Shown here piece by piece: positions 1 to 9,168 of a stretch of 64,000 bases of DNA. This stretch comes from Deferribacterales bacterium. Lineage in GTDB: Bacteria > Chrysiogenota > Deferribacteres > Deferribacterales > Geovibrionaceae. The notes under the pieces were generated by a model that made no database searches, was not told the origin of the DNA, and saw nothing but the letters and a program-made list of their open reading frames with translations. The stretch lies in the NCBI GenBank assembly GCA_050251945.1, contig JBFWLW010000002.1:32001-96000 (forward strand). The letters run 5' to 3'. Made by a program: the position numbers and the translations under genes. The stretch's first letter is position 1, and each line of letters begins with the position of its first letter.

Positions 1-1978
1 CGATGAAGTTGCGTTCTTCCAGTTTTTTATCTATTTCAACAGCCGCCATAAGACCCAGATGGCGAACACCGCCAATCGTATGCCGGTATTTACTATGCAG
101 ACCATCCAGAATTCCGGCGAAAAAGTCCCCTTTTCTGCCGGACTGTTCCGGTATCCTCTCTTTCTCCATGAAGTCGATGGCGGCAAGCCCTGCCACGCAG
201 GCAACAGGATTTTTCTCGTGAGTGTAATGCCCGATAGAAATATCCTGCACTCCGTCCAGTCCTTCGCGTGCCATTAAACATGCGAGAGGCATCACTCCTC
301 CTCCGAGACCTTTTCCAGCAACTATCATGTCAGGTTTCACATCAAAATGCTGATATGAAAACCATTTGCCCGACCTGCCAAGCCCTGCGGCAGTTTCGTC
401 GAATATCTTAAGCACTCCGTACTTACTGCATATGCTGTCCAGTCTTTCAAAATACAATTTATCAGGCACGTGAACTGTGGTACAGCGCACCGCCTCAAGT
501 ATCACGGCGGCTACGTTGTTGTTATCTTTTATACGTTTCTCCAGCATATCAAGACATTTATGCCCGCATGCGGAACAATCGCCGAACATGCATCTGTAGC
601 TGTCGTAAGGCAGAAAGTTTTCACCTGTATCGAATCCTTTGATCCCTTTCAGAAACCCCGGATCCCCCGCGGCGGAGAGTGCATCCAGACTTGCACCGTG
701 GAAGGAACCGTATGTAGAGAGTATCTTGGTTTTACCTGTTATTTTCATAGCAAGCTTTATGGCGCTGCTGACCGCCAGCGTCGCGGCGGGAGCGAAAAGA
801 ACCCGCTCCATGCCTGTCAGTTCGGTAAGTTTTTCAGCCAGCCTGACCGCTTTTTCGTTAGTATAACGGCGCGGACAAAACGACATAGTATCCATCTGAT
901 CTGCCACTGCGCTTATAACATGATCATTCCCGAATCCTATCTGGTGCACACCGTTCCCGTGAAAATCCAGCACGTCGGTACCATCCGCCAGCAGGAACCC
1001 TGCATCCCGGCATTCAATCACGGCATCCAGACAAGGCGAGGAAAGCGCCTGTCCAAGAAACACAGCTTCGTCTCTGCGCACAAGTTCAGCGGACTTTCCC
1101 GAAAGCTCCGCATTGCGGAACGAGCGCAAAACGGAAGTGTTGGATTCGCCCTCTGCAACGAGGCTTCTGTCAGCCGCAGAAGGGGTTTCACCCCTTGCAA
1201 TGCGTGCGTCTATCTTTTTCAGTATCGCGGGCAGTTCGCTGTTGAAAACAGCAACATAGTGTGCCCCCGCCGCATAAAGCCTTTCGGCAACATTGTCAGC
1301 TTTTTTCATCAGGAGATAACTGTCAACGGTCTCAACCTCTTCGGGTGAAAATCCCATTTCGCTGCCCCCCATAACAAGCCCGACGGACCACATTCCGGCG
1401 TTCACGCCCTCTTTTATGTCGGCAACAGTGTCGCCCACCTTAACACATGAAGACGCCGGGGAAACGTTCATCACTTTCATATTTTCGTGGCACATCCACG
1501 GCGCAGGTCTGCCTGCGGGCATTTCGTCAGACGCTACTATATGGTCGGGTGCATACCCCTGACGCTTCGCATTTTCAGCCACCACAACCATCATATCTTT
1601 GGTGTATCCTGTGGTGGAACCAACCTTAAGTCCCATAGCGCGTATCTGAGCAACCACATCAAGGATTCCCTCTATCGGTGTCGAAAAGTCCGGCAGGCTT
1701 TCAATGAGCCTCTTCTCAACCTTCTCATATATGGCATCTATTTCAGATTCAGACGCGCTGTGTCCGTGTGTTTTTTCAAACTGCGCGACAACGTCATTCA
1801 TACGGAATATTTCACCGATATGGTCACGTTTTTTCATCCCCATGTGCAGGCGAACGCTGTCCGGCGAAACGGTTATCCCCTCTTCCGCCAGAACTGATAT
1901 CATGGCGGCTACCGGAGCAAAACATCCGTAATCGACCGCAGTTCCCGCCCAGTCGAATATAACTGCTTTAAGATTCAT
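1..1978 (-). CDS. phnX-pbfA: Fusion of phosphonoacetaldehyde hydrolase (PhnX, ~aa 1-266) and class-III PLP enzyme PbfA-like (R)-1-hydroxy-2-aminoethylphosphonate ammonia-lyase; 3' end beyond window
   Basis: Hand translation from ATG 1978: MNLKAVIFDWAGTAVDYGCFAP..MGMKKRDHI (HAD Asp, Schiff-base Lys); junction ..AGAHYVAVFNSELPAILKKIDARIARGETP-SAADRSLVAEGESN..FLGQALSSPCL..LDFHGNGVHQIGFG..SFHGASLDA..IFDETAAGLGRSG..PDMIVAGKGLGGG..GHYTHEKNPV in the same frame; no closed ORF in the track, consistent with no stop before the window edge; ATGA overlap with permease stop. Confidence 0.85.
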   Translation of the reverse strand, partial: MNLKAVIFDWAGTAVDYGCFAPVAAMISVLAEEGITVSPDSVRLHMGMKKRDHIGEIFRMNDVVAQFEKTHGHSASESEIDAIYEKVEKRLIESLPDFSTPIEGILDVVAQIRAMGLKVGSTTGYTKDMMVVVAENAKRQGYAPDHIVASDEMPAGRPAPWMCHENMKVMNVSPASSCVKVGDTVADIKEGVNAGMWSVGLVMGGSEMGFSPEEVETVDSYLLMKKADNVAERLYAAGAHYVAVFNSELPAILKKIDARIARGETPSAADRSLVAEGESNTSVLRSFRNAELSGKSAELVRRDEAVFLGQALSSPCLDAVIECRDAGFLLADGTDVLDFHGNGVHQIGFGNDHVISAVADQMDTMSFCPRRYTNEKAVRLAEKLTELTGMERVLFAPAATLAVSSAIKLAMKITGKTKILSTYGSFHGASLDALSAAGDPGFLKGIKGFDTGENFLPYDSYRCMFGDCSACGHKCLDMLEKRIKDNNNVAAVILEAVRCTTVHVPDKLYFERLDSICSKYGVLKIFDETAAGLGRSGKWFSYQHFDVKPDMIVAGKGLGGGVMPLACLMAREGLDGVQDISIGHYTHEKNPVACVAGLAAIDFMEKERIPEQSGRKGDFFAGILDGLHSKYRHTIGGVRHLGLMAAVEIDKKLEERNFI

Positions 1979-3675
1979 TTTTCCCTCTGTATGGTCTGCC
2001 AGCGGGCAGTTTTTTTTCGTATCATCCCGGCAGCTATGTCATAAATTATTTTCACACCCATATTGGTGAACAGTATCAGGCTCGCCATAGCGGCGGCAGA
2101 CGCTGTATCGCCCGCATCATCCATGCTGACGATGGCTATGGTGGCAAGTTTCGTGTCCTGCCCGTAAAGGAATATCACTGCAGAGATTGTCACCATTGAG
2201 TTCACGAAGAAATAGAAGAAGGTCTCCATTACGGCATTCAGAGACAGAGGCAGGGTGACCCTGAACAGGGTTTTCACAGGAGCCACTCCCATAGATTCCG
2301 CAACGTTGTCATACTCTTTGTCCTGTTTTTTCAGTGAGCTTGTGATAGACATCACAGGAACGGCGATGAAGTGGATGATGTTTGCAAGTACCAGTATGGC
2401 AAGGGTGCCGTATATGAAAGAAAACGGATTTGAAGGGCTGTTGAAAAACAGAATATACGCCAGACCAATAACCAGCCCCGGCACAGCCAGCGTCGCTATG
2501 GCAAGGGCATAAGGCACCTTTCGCAAAAAGTCCTTCACCTTTGTCTTTTCCGCAGTGTATGCCGCGGCAAACGCAACGGCTGTTCCGGCCGCCGCTGTTC
2601 CCAGCGCCACCTTAAGGCTGTTCAGATATGACGAAAAATCACCTGCCACATACTTGAACATATAGTGTTTCAGCGTCAGCGTCATGTCATAAGGGAAAAA
2701 TTTCATGAACGATACGAACACCGAAGTTCCGATAACAAAAAAGATGCAGAGCGCTATACCCCAGCAATAAACAGCCGCAATAGTTTCCGGGAACAGGCTG
2801 CGCCTGATAACATAGGGCACTGATTTTGAGGAGAATGTCGCACCCTGACGGCGCTGTATCAGTCTGTCGATAAAAAACGCTATGAGTGCAGGAATCAGCA
2901 AAAGCACAGCAACTGTCGCTCCCATGGAAAAGTTCTGCTGACCTATCACTTGCTTGTAGATATCAACCGCCATAACGTTATACTGACCGCCGACAATCTT
3001 CGGAGCGCCCATATCGGTGAAGCTCAGTATGAAGATGGTCGTAAGTGCCGATATGGTTCCGTATTTCACAGACGGAAGCGTAACGGTGAAGAATTTGCGC
3101 AGGTTGCCCGCGCCCATTGTTTCCGCCGCCTCATAAAGTCTGTAGTCACTCATGGCAAAAGATACGGATAGTATCAGATATGCATGAGGGAAAGTGTAGA
3201 TAACCTCTGAAATGATGATGCCCGCTGCACCGTATATCTCGAAAGGGAAAGCATGACTTGTCCCCATCTTCGCGTTAAGCCACGCCATCAGCACATTTGA
3301 AATTATCCCCTGCCGCCCGAAAAGATATACCAGAGCGATACCGTGGAGCATTGTCGGAGTGAACAGCGAGATCATGGAGATGTAGCGCAGAACATATTTG
3401 CCGCGCATGTGAATACGCGAAATACAAAACGCATAAAAAAACGCCAGCAAAAAGGTGACGACAGTCACTATCCCCGAAACAACGAATGAATTTTTGAACG
3501 AAGATATCATGTTGGGAGATGTGAAATATTCGGCGAAATTCTTAAGCCCGATGAACGAACCATCGGAATCACAGAACGCAAGTCTGCCGATACTCACAAG
3601 AGGCAGAAAGAAAAAGAGAATAAAATAGAGTATTATCAAGCCTATAAGGATAGGTGTCACGATTTTGGCTTTCAT
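1975..3675 (-). CDS. ABC transporter permease (fused two-domain), putative 2-aminoethylphosphonate uptake
   Basis: Multiple TM helices, two EAA-like loops (YEAAETMGA, NVAESMGV); adjacent to phnX. Confidence 0.85.
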   Translation of the reverse strand: MKAKIVTPILIGLIILYFILFFFLPLVSIGRLAFCDSDGSFIGLKNFAEYFTSPNMISSFKNSFVVSGIVTVVTFLLAFFYAFCISRIHMRGKYVLRYISMISLFTPTMLHGIALVYLFGRQGIISNVLMAWLNAKMGTSHAFPFEIYGAAGIIISEVIYTFPHAYLILSVSFAMSDYRLYEAAETMGAGNLRKFFTVTLPSVKYGTISALTTIFILSFTDMGAPKIVGGQYNVMAVDIYKQVIGQQNFSMGATVAVLLLIPALIAFFIDRLIQRRQGATFSSKSVPYVIRRSLFPETIAAVYCWGIALCIFFVIGTSVFVSFMKFFPYDMTLTLKHYMFKYVAGDFSSYLNSLKVALGTAAAGTAVAFAAAYTAEKTKVKDFLRKVPYALAIATLAVPGLVIGLAYILFFNSPSNPFSFIYGTLAILVLANIIHFIAVPVMSITSSLKKQDKEYDNVAESMGVAPVKTLFRVTLPLSLNAVMETFFYFFVNSMVTISAVIFLYGQDTKLATIAIVSMDDAGDTASAAAMASLILFTNMGVKIIYDIAAGMIRKKTARWQTIQREK

Positions 3676-3684
3676 CTTTGTTCC

Positions 3685-4665
3685 TTAAAAACTGATGGCA
3701 GATTCCGGTATCTGCACCTTGATGAGACTTTCAGCCCTGAGCCTCTGCATGGCAGGGTCGCAAGAGCTGACATCAACCACCAGCGGCGCATCGGTCTTTA
3801 TGTTCTCCAGTTTCAGAAAAAGCCTTAAAAAAGCCCCGCGGAATTCAATATCTTTGACGACGGCGTTTATGCCTTCGTTGCTGAACGTGCTCACATGTAT
3901 CTGTTCGGGACGGACGCCCACTTTTCTGCCGTCTATATGCAGAAAGTTCATCATACCGACAAAGCCCGCTATGAACTCTGTTTTAGGGGAGAAATAAAGG
4001 TCGTCCGGCGTGCCGAACTGCTCTATAACCCCGTTGTTCATGACAGCTATCTTATCTGAAACGGTAATCGCCTCTTCCTGATCGTGAGTGACCATCACTG
4101 TCGTTATGTTCATTTTGTCGTGAATGGCGCGTATCTCTTTGCGAAGTTTTTCGCGCACTTTTGCATCAAGAGCTGAAAGCGGTTCGTCCAGAAGGAGGAT
4201 ACCGGGTTTAAGCGCAAGTGCTCTGGCAAGCGCAACCCTCTGCTGCTGACCTCCGGAAAGCTGAAAAGGATATTTTTCCTTTTCGCCGTGCAGTCCGGTT
4301 ATATCGAGCATTTCGCTGACAATACTTTCAGCCGCTCTTTTACCTATATTCTTTATTCTGAGACCGTATGCGATGTTCTGCACAACTGTCAGGTTGGGAA
4401 ACAGTGCATACGACTGGAACACTATGCCGAAATTTCTTCGTGATGCGGGAACAGGGGAGAAATCCTCTCCTCTGAAAAAGACGGAACCGCTGTCAGAGCT
4501 TTCCAGACCTGCTATGATGCGCAGAAGAGTTGTCTTTCCACAGCCGGAAGAACCAAGAAGACAGATGAATTCACCGCGTTTTGCGGTGAAAGAAACATCG
4601 CTCAGCACTCTTTTTCCGCCGAACGATTTTGTTATATTACAGGTTTTCAGATATTCGTTTTCCAT
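3685..4665 (-). CDS. ABC transporter ATP-binding protein (PhnT/PotA-like)
   Basis: Walker A GSSGCGKT, LSGGQQQRV signature, LLLDEP Walker B. Confidence 0.9.
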   Translation of the reverse strand: MENEYLKTCNITKSFGGKRVLSDVSFTAKRGEFICLLGSSGCGKTTLLRIIAGLESSDSGSVFFRGEDFSPVPASRRNFGIVFQSYALFPNLTVVQNIAYGLRIKNIGKRAAESIVSEMLDITGLHGEKEKYPFQLSGGQQQRVALARALALKPGILLLDEPLSALDAKVREKLRKEIRAIHDKMNITTVMVTHDQEEAITVSDKIAVMNNGVIEQFGTPDDLYFSPKTEFIAGFVGMMNFLHIDGRKVGVRPEQIHVSTFSNEGINAVVKDIEFRGAFLRLFLKLENIKTDAPLVVDVSSCDPAMQRLRAESLIKVQIPESAISF

Positions 4666-4687
4666 TTTGTCCTATCGGGTAAAGGGG

Positions 4688-4717
4688 TGCGGAGAGGGCA
4701 AAAAGACCCTCCCCGCA
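4688..4717. other. Intergenic hairpin between substrate-binding and ATPase genes (mRNA stabiliser/attenuator)
   Basis: TGCGGAGAGGG..CCCTCCCCGCA imperfect inverted repeat. Confidence 0.5.
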
Positions 4718-4726
4718 TAAGGAGTG

Positions 4727-5737
4727 TTATTTCTTGGGTTCGCTTTTTGCGTCGTATCTTGCAGACCATTCTTTAAGTATTCTTTCTCTGTTCTGGGCTG
4801 CCCATTTCAGATCGTTTTTGATAATCTGTCTGAGAGGCTCTGCAACGTATCCAGCGGGAACAGGGTTGTTGTTCTTAACTGTGATAATAGCGAAGTTCTT
4901 GTTGTATTCGGTCATAGCCCCGGAGGATATTGCCCAGTCGAGGAATTTTTTTGCATCGGGGCTGATGGATTTTTTCTTCATAAGAGCGTTGGCTTCAAGA
5001 TCCCAGCCGGAACCCTCTTTGGGGAAAACAACAGCAACCGGAGCGCCTTTTTTCATCTCTGTGATGCCTCTGTAGCCAAAGGAAACACCGATGGGATATT
5101 CGCCTGTTGCAGCCATTTTTGAAGGTTTGGAACCGGAGTGTGTATACATGGCGACATTCTGGTGAAGTTTATCCATATATTCCCATGCTTTTTTCTCTTT
5201 ATATATCTGCATCCATGCGTTGACCGTAAGGTATCCTGTGCCTGATGAAGCAGGATTGGGCATGGTGATGAGACCCTTATACATGGGTTTCAGCAGATCG
5301 GAATAGCTTGCGGGGATAGGCAGATTGCGTTTTTCAAGTTCAGGCTTGTTCACAGTGAAAGCTGTCATCCATGCGTCGATACCCACCCATGCGGGAACTT
5401 TTTTGTTGTCTTTGAACTGAGGAAGTATCTTCTCAACACCTTTGGGGGCATAGGGATCAAGCATCTTCTGGCTGTCCAGCACAAGAAGGCTCGTAGCGGC
5501 GAGTCCCCATACGACGTCCGCCTGAGGATTGGCTTTCTCAGCCAGCAGACGGGCAGTTATTATTCCTGTGGAATCCCTTACAATGTTAACCTTGATATCG
5601 GGATACTGTTTTTTGAATGATTCGAGGTATACAGGGTACTGGTCGTCCTCAAGTGCTGTGTAGACCGTGATTTCCCCTGCAAAAGCAGACATTGCGAAAG
5701 TAAGCATCGCAATAAACATCAGAAGTAATTTTTTCAT
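4727..5737 (-). CDS. Putative 2-aminoethylphosphonate ABC transporter substrate-binding protein
   Basis: Signal peptide [75 protein letters not shown] before ATG 5737. Confidence 0.85.
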   Translation of the reverse strand: MKKLLLMFIAMLTFAMSAFAGEITVYTALEDDQYPVYLESFKKQYPDIKVNIVRDSTGIITARLLAEKANPQADVVWGLAATSLLVLDSQKMLDPYAPKGVEKILPQFKDNKKVPAWVGIDAWMTAFTVNKPELEKRNLPIPASYSDLLKPMYKGLITMPNPASSGTGYLTVNAWMQIYKEKKAWEYMDKLHQNVAMYTHSGSKPSKMAATGEYPIGVSFGYRGITEMKKGAPVAVVFPKEGSGWDLEANALMKKKSISPDAKKFLDWAISSGAMTEYNKNFAIITVKNNNPVPAGYVAEPLRQIIKNDLKWAAQNRERILKEWSARYDAKSEPKK

Positions 5738-5767
5738 TTTGACCTCCGTCAGAATATCCAACGGTTA

Positions 5768-5843
5768 AGCATATGGTCAAAATGAAATAGAAATGTCGCA
5801 TATTTGCCAGAGAGTGGAAAATTATATGTAAATAAGATGAAAG
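5768..5843 (-). promoter_or_regulatory. Pho-box-like array of heptamers at 11-bp phase plus -10 (TATGCT)
   Basis: Minus strand CTTTCAT-N4-TTTACAT-N4-TTTTCCA-N4-CTGGCAA-N4-GCGACAT-N4-ATTTCAT-N8-TATGCT upstream of phosphonate operon. Confidence 0.45.
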
Positions 5844-6024
5844 GCGGTGCGTGACCGCCTCTGACTGATGACAAAGTCAGGAAAATGCGAGATCGCGTCG
5901 TCGCATGCGCTCCTCGAGAAGACGTAAATTGCTGTCATTGCGAGGAAGCTGTAGGCTGACGCGGCAATCTCATTAACTTTTAACAAGTTTCTCAACAACC
6001 TGAAGGCGGTCGGCCGACCGCCTT
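5841..6024. mobile_element. MITE-like element 1 (142 bp, 5861-6002) with REP-like doublet, flanked by similar hairpins
   Basis: Ends CTGACTGATGACAAA..TTTCTCAACAACCTG; flanks AAGGCGGTGCGTGACCGCCT / AAGGCGGTCGGCCGACCGCCTT; near-identical inverted copy at 28328-28469. Confidence 0.75.
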
Positions 6025-6027
6025 TTT

Positions 6028-7149
6028 TTATGCACCTATACAAAGTCCCATTTTTTCGCAGAGACCGGACACGTCTTTATTTTTAAGAACCGCCTTATTC
6101 TTTCTGGCAAGTTTTTTCGCTTCATAAAGAAGCCCCGTGAGCTGCCAGCGGTCAAGGTGTATGCCCTCCTGCGCAAGCATATGCTCCAGAACGTGCAGAC
6201 CGGACTGGTTGCCGAACACAAGATGTCTTTTCATATCCAGTTCATCAGGATCGAAAGCTTCGTAATTTTTCGGATTTTTCAGCACGCCGTCGGTATGGAT
6301 GCCTGATTCATGGGTGAACATATATTCACCGATAACTGGACGCTGGGGATCAACATTTCTGCCCGCCGCCTGTGCCACATATTCGGAAAGAGGACGAAGA
6401 TGTTTGGTGTTGAAAGTGTCCTGATTTCCGTAGACATGGCGCGCCGCCATGATTATCTCTTCCAGAGGCGCGTTGCCCGCCCGCTCGCCAAGTCCCATAA
6501 CGGTGGTGTTGACATGTGTGGCACCCGCCTGAACAGCCGCCAGAGCGTTCGCTGTCGCCATGCCGAAGTCGTTGTGGGTATGAACCTCAAGGTCGAGTTT
6601 TGTGGATTCGCGAATCCTCTTTGTCATATTATATGTACGGAACGGATCGAGAATCCCTACCGTATCGCAAAAGCGGAAACGGGATGCCCCGTGCGCCTCT
6701 ATCGTCTGAACGTACTGCTCGATGAAATCGGGATGCGCCCTTGAAGCGTCCTCGCCGCCCACAGAAACATAGAGGTTATATTTTGCGCAATAATCAAGCA
6801 CCTCTGCTATCTGTTTAAGCACCCACTCCCTTGTTTTGCCCAGCTTCGTTTCTATCTGTATATCCGAAAGGGGCAGTGATATCTCTATTGAGTCTGCACC
6901 TGCGATGACCGATGCCTGAACGTCTTTCACAAGCGCACGGTTCCATGCTATGATGCGTGCTTTGAGTCCTAAGTCCATGATGGACGCGAACATTGCAGAC
7001 TCCTCAATGCCCATTACAGGGATCCCCGCCTCTATCTCCTGAACACCGATAGCGTCCAGTCTGCGGGCTATCTCCAGCCTTTCCTTGCGGGTGAACGCCA
7101 CTCCGGGTGTCTGTTCACCGTCTCTGAGTGTAGTGTCGTCTATTATCAT
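6028..7149 (-). CDS. nifV: Homocitrate synthase
   Basis: DTTLRDGEQTPG, RFRFCDTVGILDP, EVHTHNDFGMATAN, THESGIHTDG; sigma54 promoter; divergent from nifB. Confidence 0.9.
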   Translation of the reverse strand: MIIDDTTLRDGEQTPGVAFTRKERLEIARRLDAIGVQEIEAGIPVMGIEESAMFASIMDLGLKARIIAWNRALVKDVQASVIAGADSIEISLPLSDIQIETKLGKTREWVLKQIAEVLDYCAKYNLYVSVGGEDASRAHPDFIEQYVQTIEAHGASRFRFCDTVGILDPFRTYNMTKRIRESTKLDLEVHTHNDFGMATANALAAVQAGATHVNTTVMGLGERAGNAPLEEIIMAARHVYGNQDTFNTKHLRPLSEYVAQAAGRNVDPQRPVIGEYMFTHESGIHTDGVLKNPKNYEAFDPDELDMKRHLVFGNQSGLHVLEHMLAQEGIHLDRWQLTGLLYEAKKLARKNKAVLKNKDVSGLCEKMGLCIGA

Positions 7150-7173
7150 GGTTGCCTCCCTTGTACTGTTACT

Positions 7174-7189
7174 TGCAAAAGATGTGCCA
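7174..7189 (-). promoter_or_regulatory. sigma54 -24/-12 promoter of nifV
   Basis: Minus strand TGGCAC-ATCTT-TTGCA. Confidence 0.85.
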
Positions 7190-7252
7190 TACTCATCCGT
7201 TGATTAAAAAACAGACGAATGCACAAGAAATGACCAGATAGAAATGAACCAT

Positions 7253-7340
7253 CTCCCCTCTTCAGCAAAGAGGGGTCGGGAGAGATTTACATTTATTATT
7301 AATAAAATCCACCCCAACCCTCCTTTGTCAAAGGAGGGAG
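7253..7340. repeat. REP-like inverted doublet, family 2 (CCCTCCTTT..AAAGGAGGG)
   Basis: CTCCCCTCTTCAGCAAAGAGGGGTCGGGAGAGATTT ... AAATCCACCCCAACCCTCCTTTGTCAAAGGAGGGAG; homologous pair at ~13127-13216. Confidence 0.7.
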
Positions 7341-7380
7341 TAAGAATAAGAATGACTGTGTCTCAATATTTATTATTTCT

Positions 7381-7396
7381 TGGCACGATCATTGCT
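7381..7396 (+). promoter_or_regulatory. sigma54 -24/-12 promoter of nifB
   Basis: TGGCAC-GATCA-TTGCT. Confidence 0.85.
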
Positions 7397-7419
7397 CACT
7401 CCAGAGTGTGAGGTGACAA

Positions 7420-8772
7420 ATGGATAGAGACACAGTTAAAGCTAAAATTGATAAGCACCCCTGCTACTGCAAGGATGCCCACAATAAATTTGCAAGGATA
7501 CACCTGCCTGTTGCGCCCGCATGCAACATCCAGTGCAACTACTGCAACAGGAAATACGACTGTTCAAACGAGTCCCGCCCCGGCGTGACCAGCAGTATCC
7601 TGACACCAGAACACGCCCTTGAAAAAGTCATTATGGTGAAACATTCAATCGAAAATCTCTCCGTGGTTGGCATAGCGGGTCCCGGCGATGCACTTGCGAA
7701 CCCCGAAGCGACTTTCGAGACGCTGAGACTTCTTAAAACATATGACAAAGAACTTATCCCCTGCATAAGCACAAACGGTCTGGCACTGCCCGACCATCTG
7801 GACGACATTGCAGAGCTTAAAATAGGACACGTTACCGTAACCATGAATGCAGTTGACCCCGAGATCGGTCAGAAAATCTACAGCTGGATACACTACAACG
7901 ACAGGACGTATCACGGTGTCGAGGCCGCCCGCATTCTTATGGAACGCCAGATAGAGGGTATCAGAGGACTTGTTGAGCGCGGAATACTCGTTAAGGTGAA
8001 CACTGTTCTTATCCCCGGTATAAACGACGCCCACATCGGCGAAGTCGCCAAAAAGATAAAAGAACTGGGCGTGTTCATCCACAACATAATCCCGCTGATG
8101 AGCAAACCCGAATACGGAACAAAATTTGCCAACGACGGCGTACCGGAACCCACTCCGGAGCTTATCGGAAAGATTCGCTTCCAGTGCGCTGAGATAATGG
8201 GCGGATTTGACTCCGTTATGCAGCACTGCCGTCAGTGCCGTGCAGACGCAATAGGCAAACTCGGTCAGGACTGGGATTTCAACAACGTCACAGAAGACGT
8301 TAAAGCCGCCGCTTCAATGCTGAAAGCTCAGGTCATAAGCAGCAGAAGACACAGCTTTTCCGAGCAGTTTCACAGCGAATGGAAGGTGAGAACTTACGAC
8401 CGCAGCACGATGGTGCTTGTCGCAGTTGCAACCAACAATCACCGCATGGCGGACATCTCTTTCAAAAATGCAAGAAACTTTTATGTATATGAAGTATCCG
8501 GATGGGGAGCGCACCTGCGCGAAATACGCACACTGGACTATGACAACTCTCAGGCGTGCATAAAACTCTCCGGACACCTTAAGAACGTTGCCGCACTCCT
8601 TGAAGACTGCGCGGCGATGGTATGCACCGTGGCAGGTAAAAACGCCTACGTGGATATGAAACGCAGAGGCATCCATGTTGACACCAGACAAGCCTATAAA
8701 GGCATCGAAGAGGCGGCATGGGAAGCAGGAAGCAAACGTCTCGCCGAAATGAACCGTTCAAAAACGGCATAA
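7420..8772 (+). CDS. nifB: FeMo-cofactor biosynthesis radical SAM protein NifB with C-terminal NifX-like domain
   Basis: HPC, CNIQCNYC, NESRPG, GIAGPGD, HCRQCRADA. Confidence 0.95.
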   Translation: MDRDTVKAKIDKHPCYCKDAHNKFARIHLPVAPACNIQCNYCNRKYDCSNESRPGVTSSILTPEHALEKVIMVKHSIENLSVVGIAGPGDALANPEATFETLRLLKTYDKELIPCISTNGLALPDHLDDIAELKIGHVTVTMNAVDPEIGQKIYSWIHYNDRTYHGVEAARILMERQIEGIRGLVERGILVKVNTVLIPGINDAHIGEVAKKIKELGVFIHNIIPLMSKPEYGTKFANDGVPEPTPELIGKIRFQCAEIMGGFDSVMQHCRQCRADAIGKLGQDWDFNNVTEDVKAAASMLKAQVISSRRHSFSEQFHSEWKVRTYDRSTMVLVAVATNNHRMADISFKNARNFYVYEVSGWGAHLREIRTLDYDNSQACIKLSGHLKNVAALLEDCAAMVCTVAGKNAYVDMKRRGIHVDTRQAYKGIEEAAWEAGSKRLAEMNRSKTA

Positions 8773-8793
8773 CGGACAGGGGGAATTATTATT

Positions 8794-9075
8794 ATGCAAC
8801 CGGAACTTACAAACAGAGCAGATATATCCGCACTGCTTAAAAATGACGGATACAAACTCATCAAGGGCTATGTGGAAGATATTGACATCGGGCATGTCAC
8901 AGCAAGTATGCAGATACGCTCCGGTCAGAGACTGGTCTCTCTTCTTCTGCCTGTGAAAGACGTAAAACTTTCAGGCGCCGAGGTGGGCAGACCCATCTAT
9001 TGCCTGATGAACGGCAAAGACGTTCTCGTTTTCCGCGATATCAACTACATGATGCGGAAGATACTGAATAAATAA
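8794..9075 (+). CDS. Small TOBE/Mop-like protein (possible molybdate binding)
   Basis: IKGYVEDIDIGHVTASMQI..GAEVGRPIYCLMNGKDVLV resembles TOBE pattern; directly after nifB. Confidence 0.55.
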   Translation: MQPELTNRADISALLKNDGYKLIKGYVEDIDIGHVTASMQIRSGQRLVSLLLPVKDVKLSGAEVGRPIYCLMNGKDVLVFRDINYMMRKILNK

Positions 9076-9076
9076 T

Positions 9077-9155
9077 AGACTGCCGCGTCAGCCTGAAGGC
9101 TTCCTCGCAGAGACGTTTTTGGTCTTCGCGAGGAGTAACAACGACGACGCGATCT
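9077..9155. repeat. Free-standing REP-like doublet, family 1
   Basis: AGACTGCCGCGTC..CCTCGCAGAGAC / GTCTTCGCGAGGAG..CGACGACGCGATCT, same units as MITE cargo. Confidence 0.75.
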
Positions 9156-9168
9156 GATAAAATGCAAT

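Noticed and set aside
470..1348. 292-aa plus-strand ORF and neighbouring small ORFs
   Set aside because: Antisense shadow of the phnX-pbfA frame; no recognisable motifs
5797..5810. TGGCAAATATGC as a sigma54 site for the phosphonate operon
   Set aside because: GG-to-GC spacing is 7, not the required 10
5822..6043. 73-aa ORF with a near-identical twin at 28332-28556
   Set aside because: Both are translations of the repeated MITE/REP element; no SD or coding evidence
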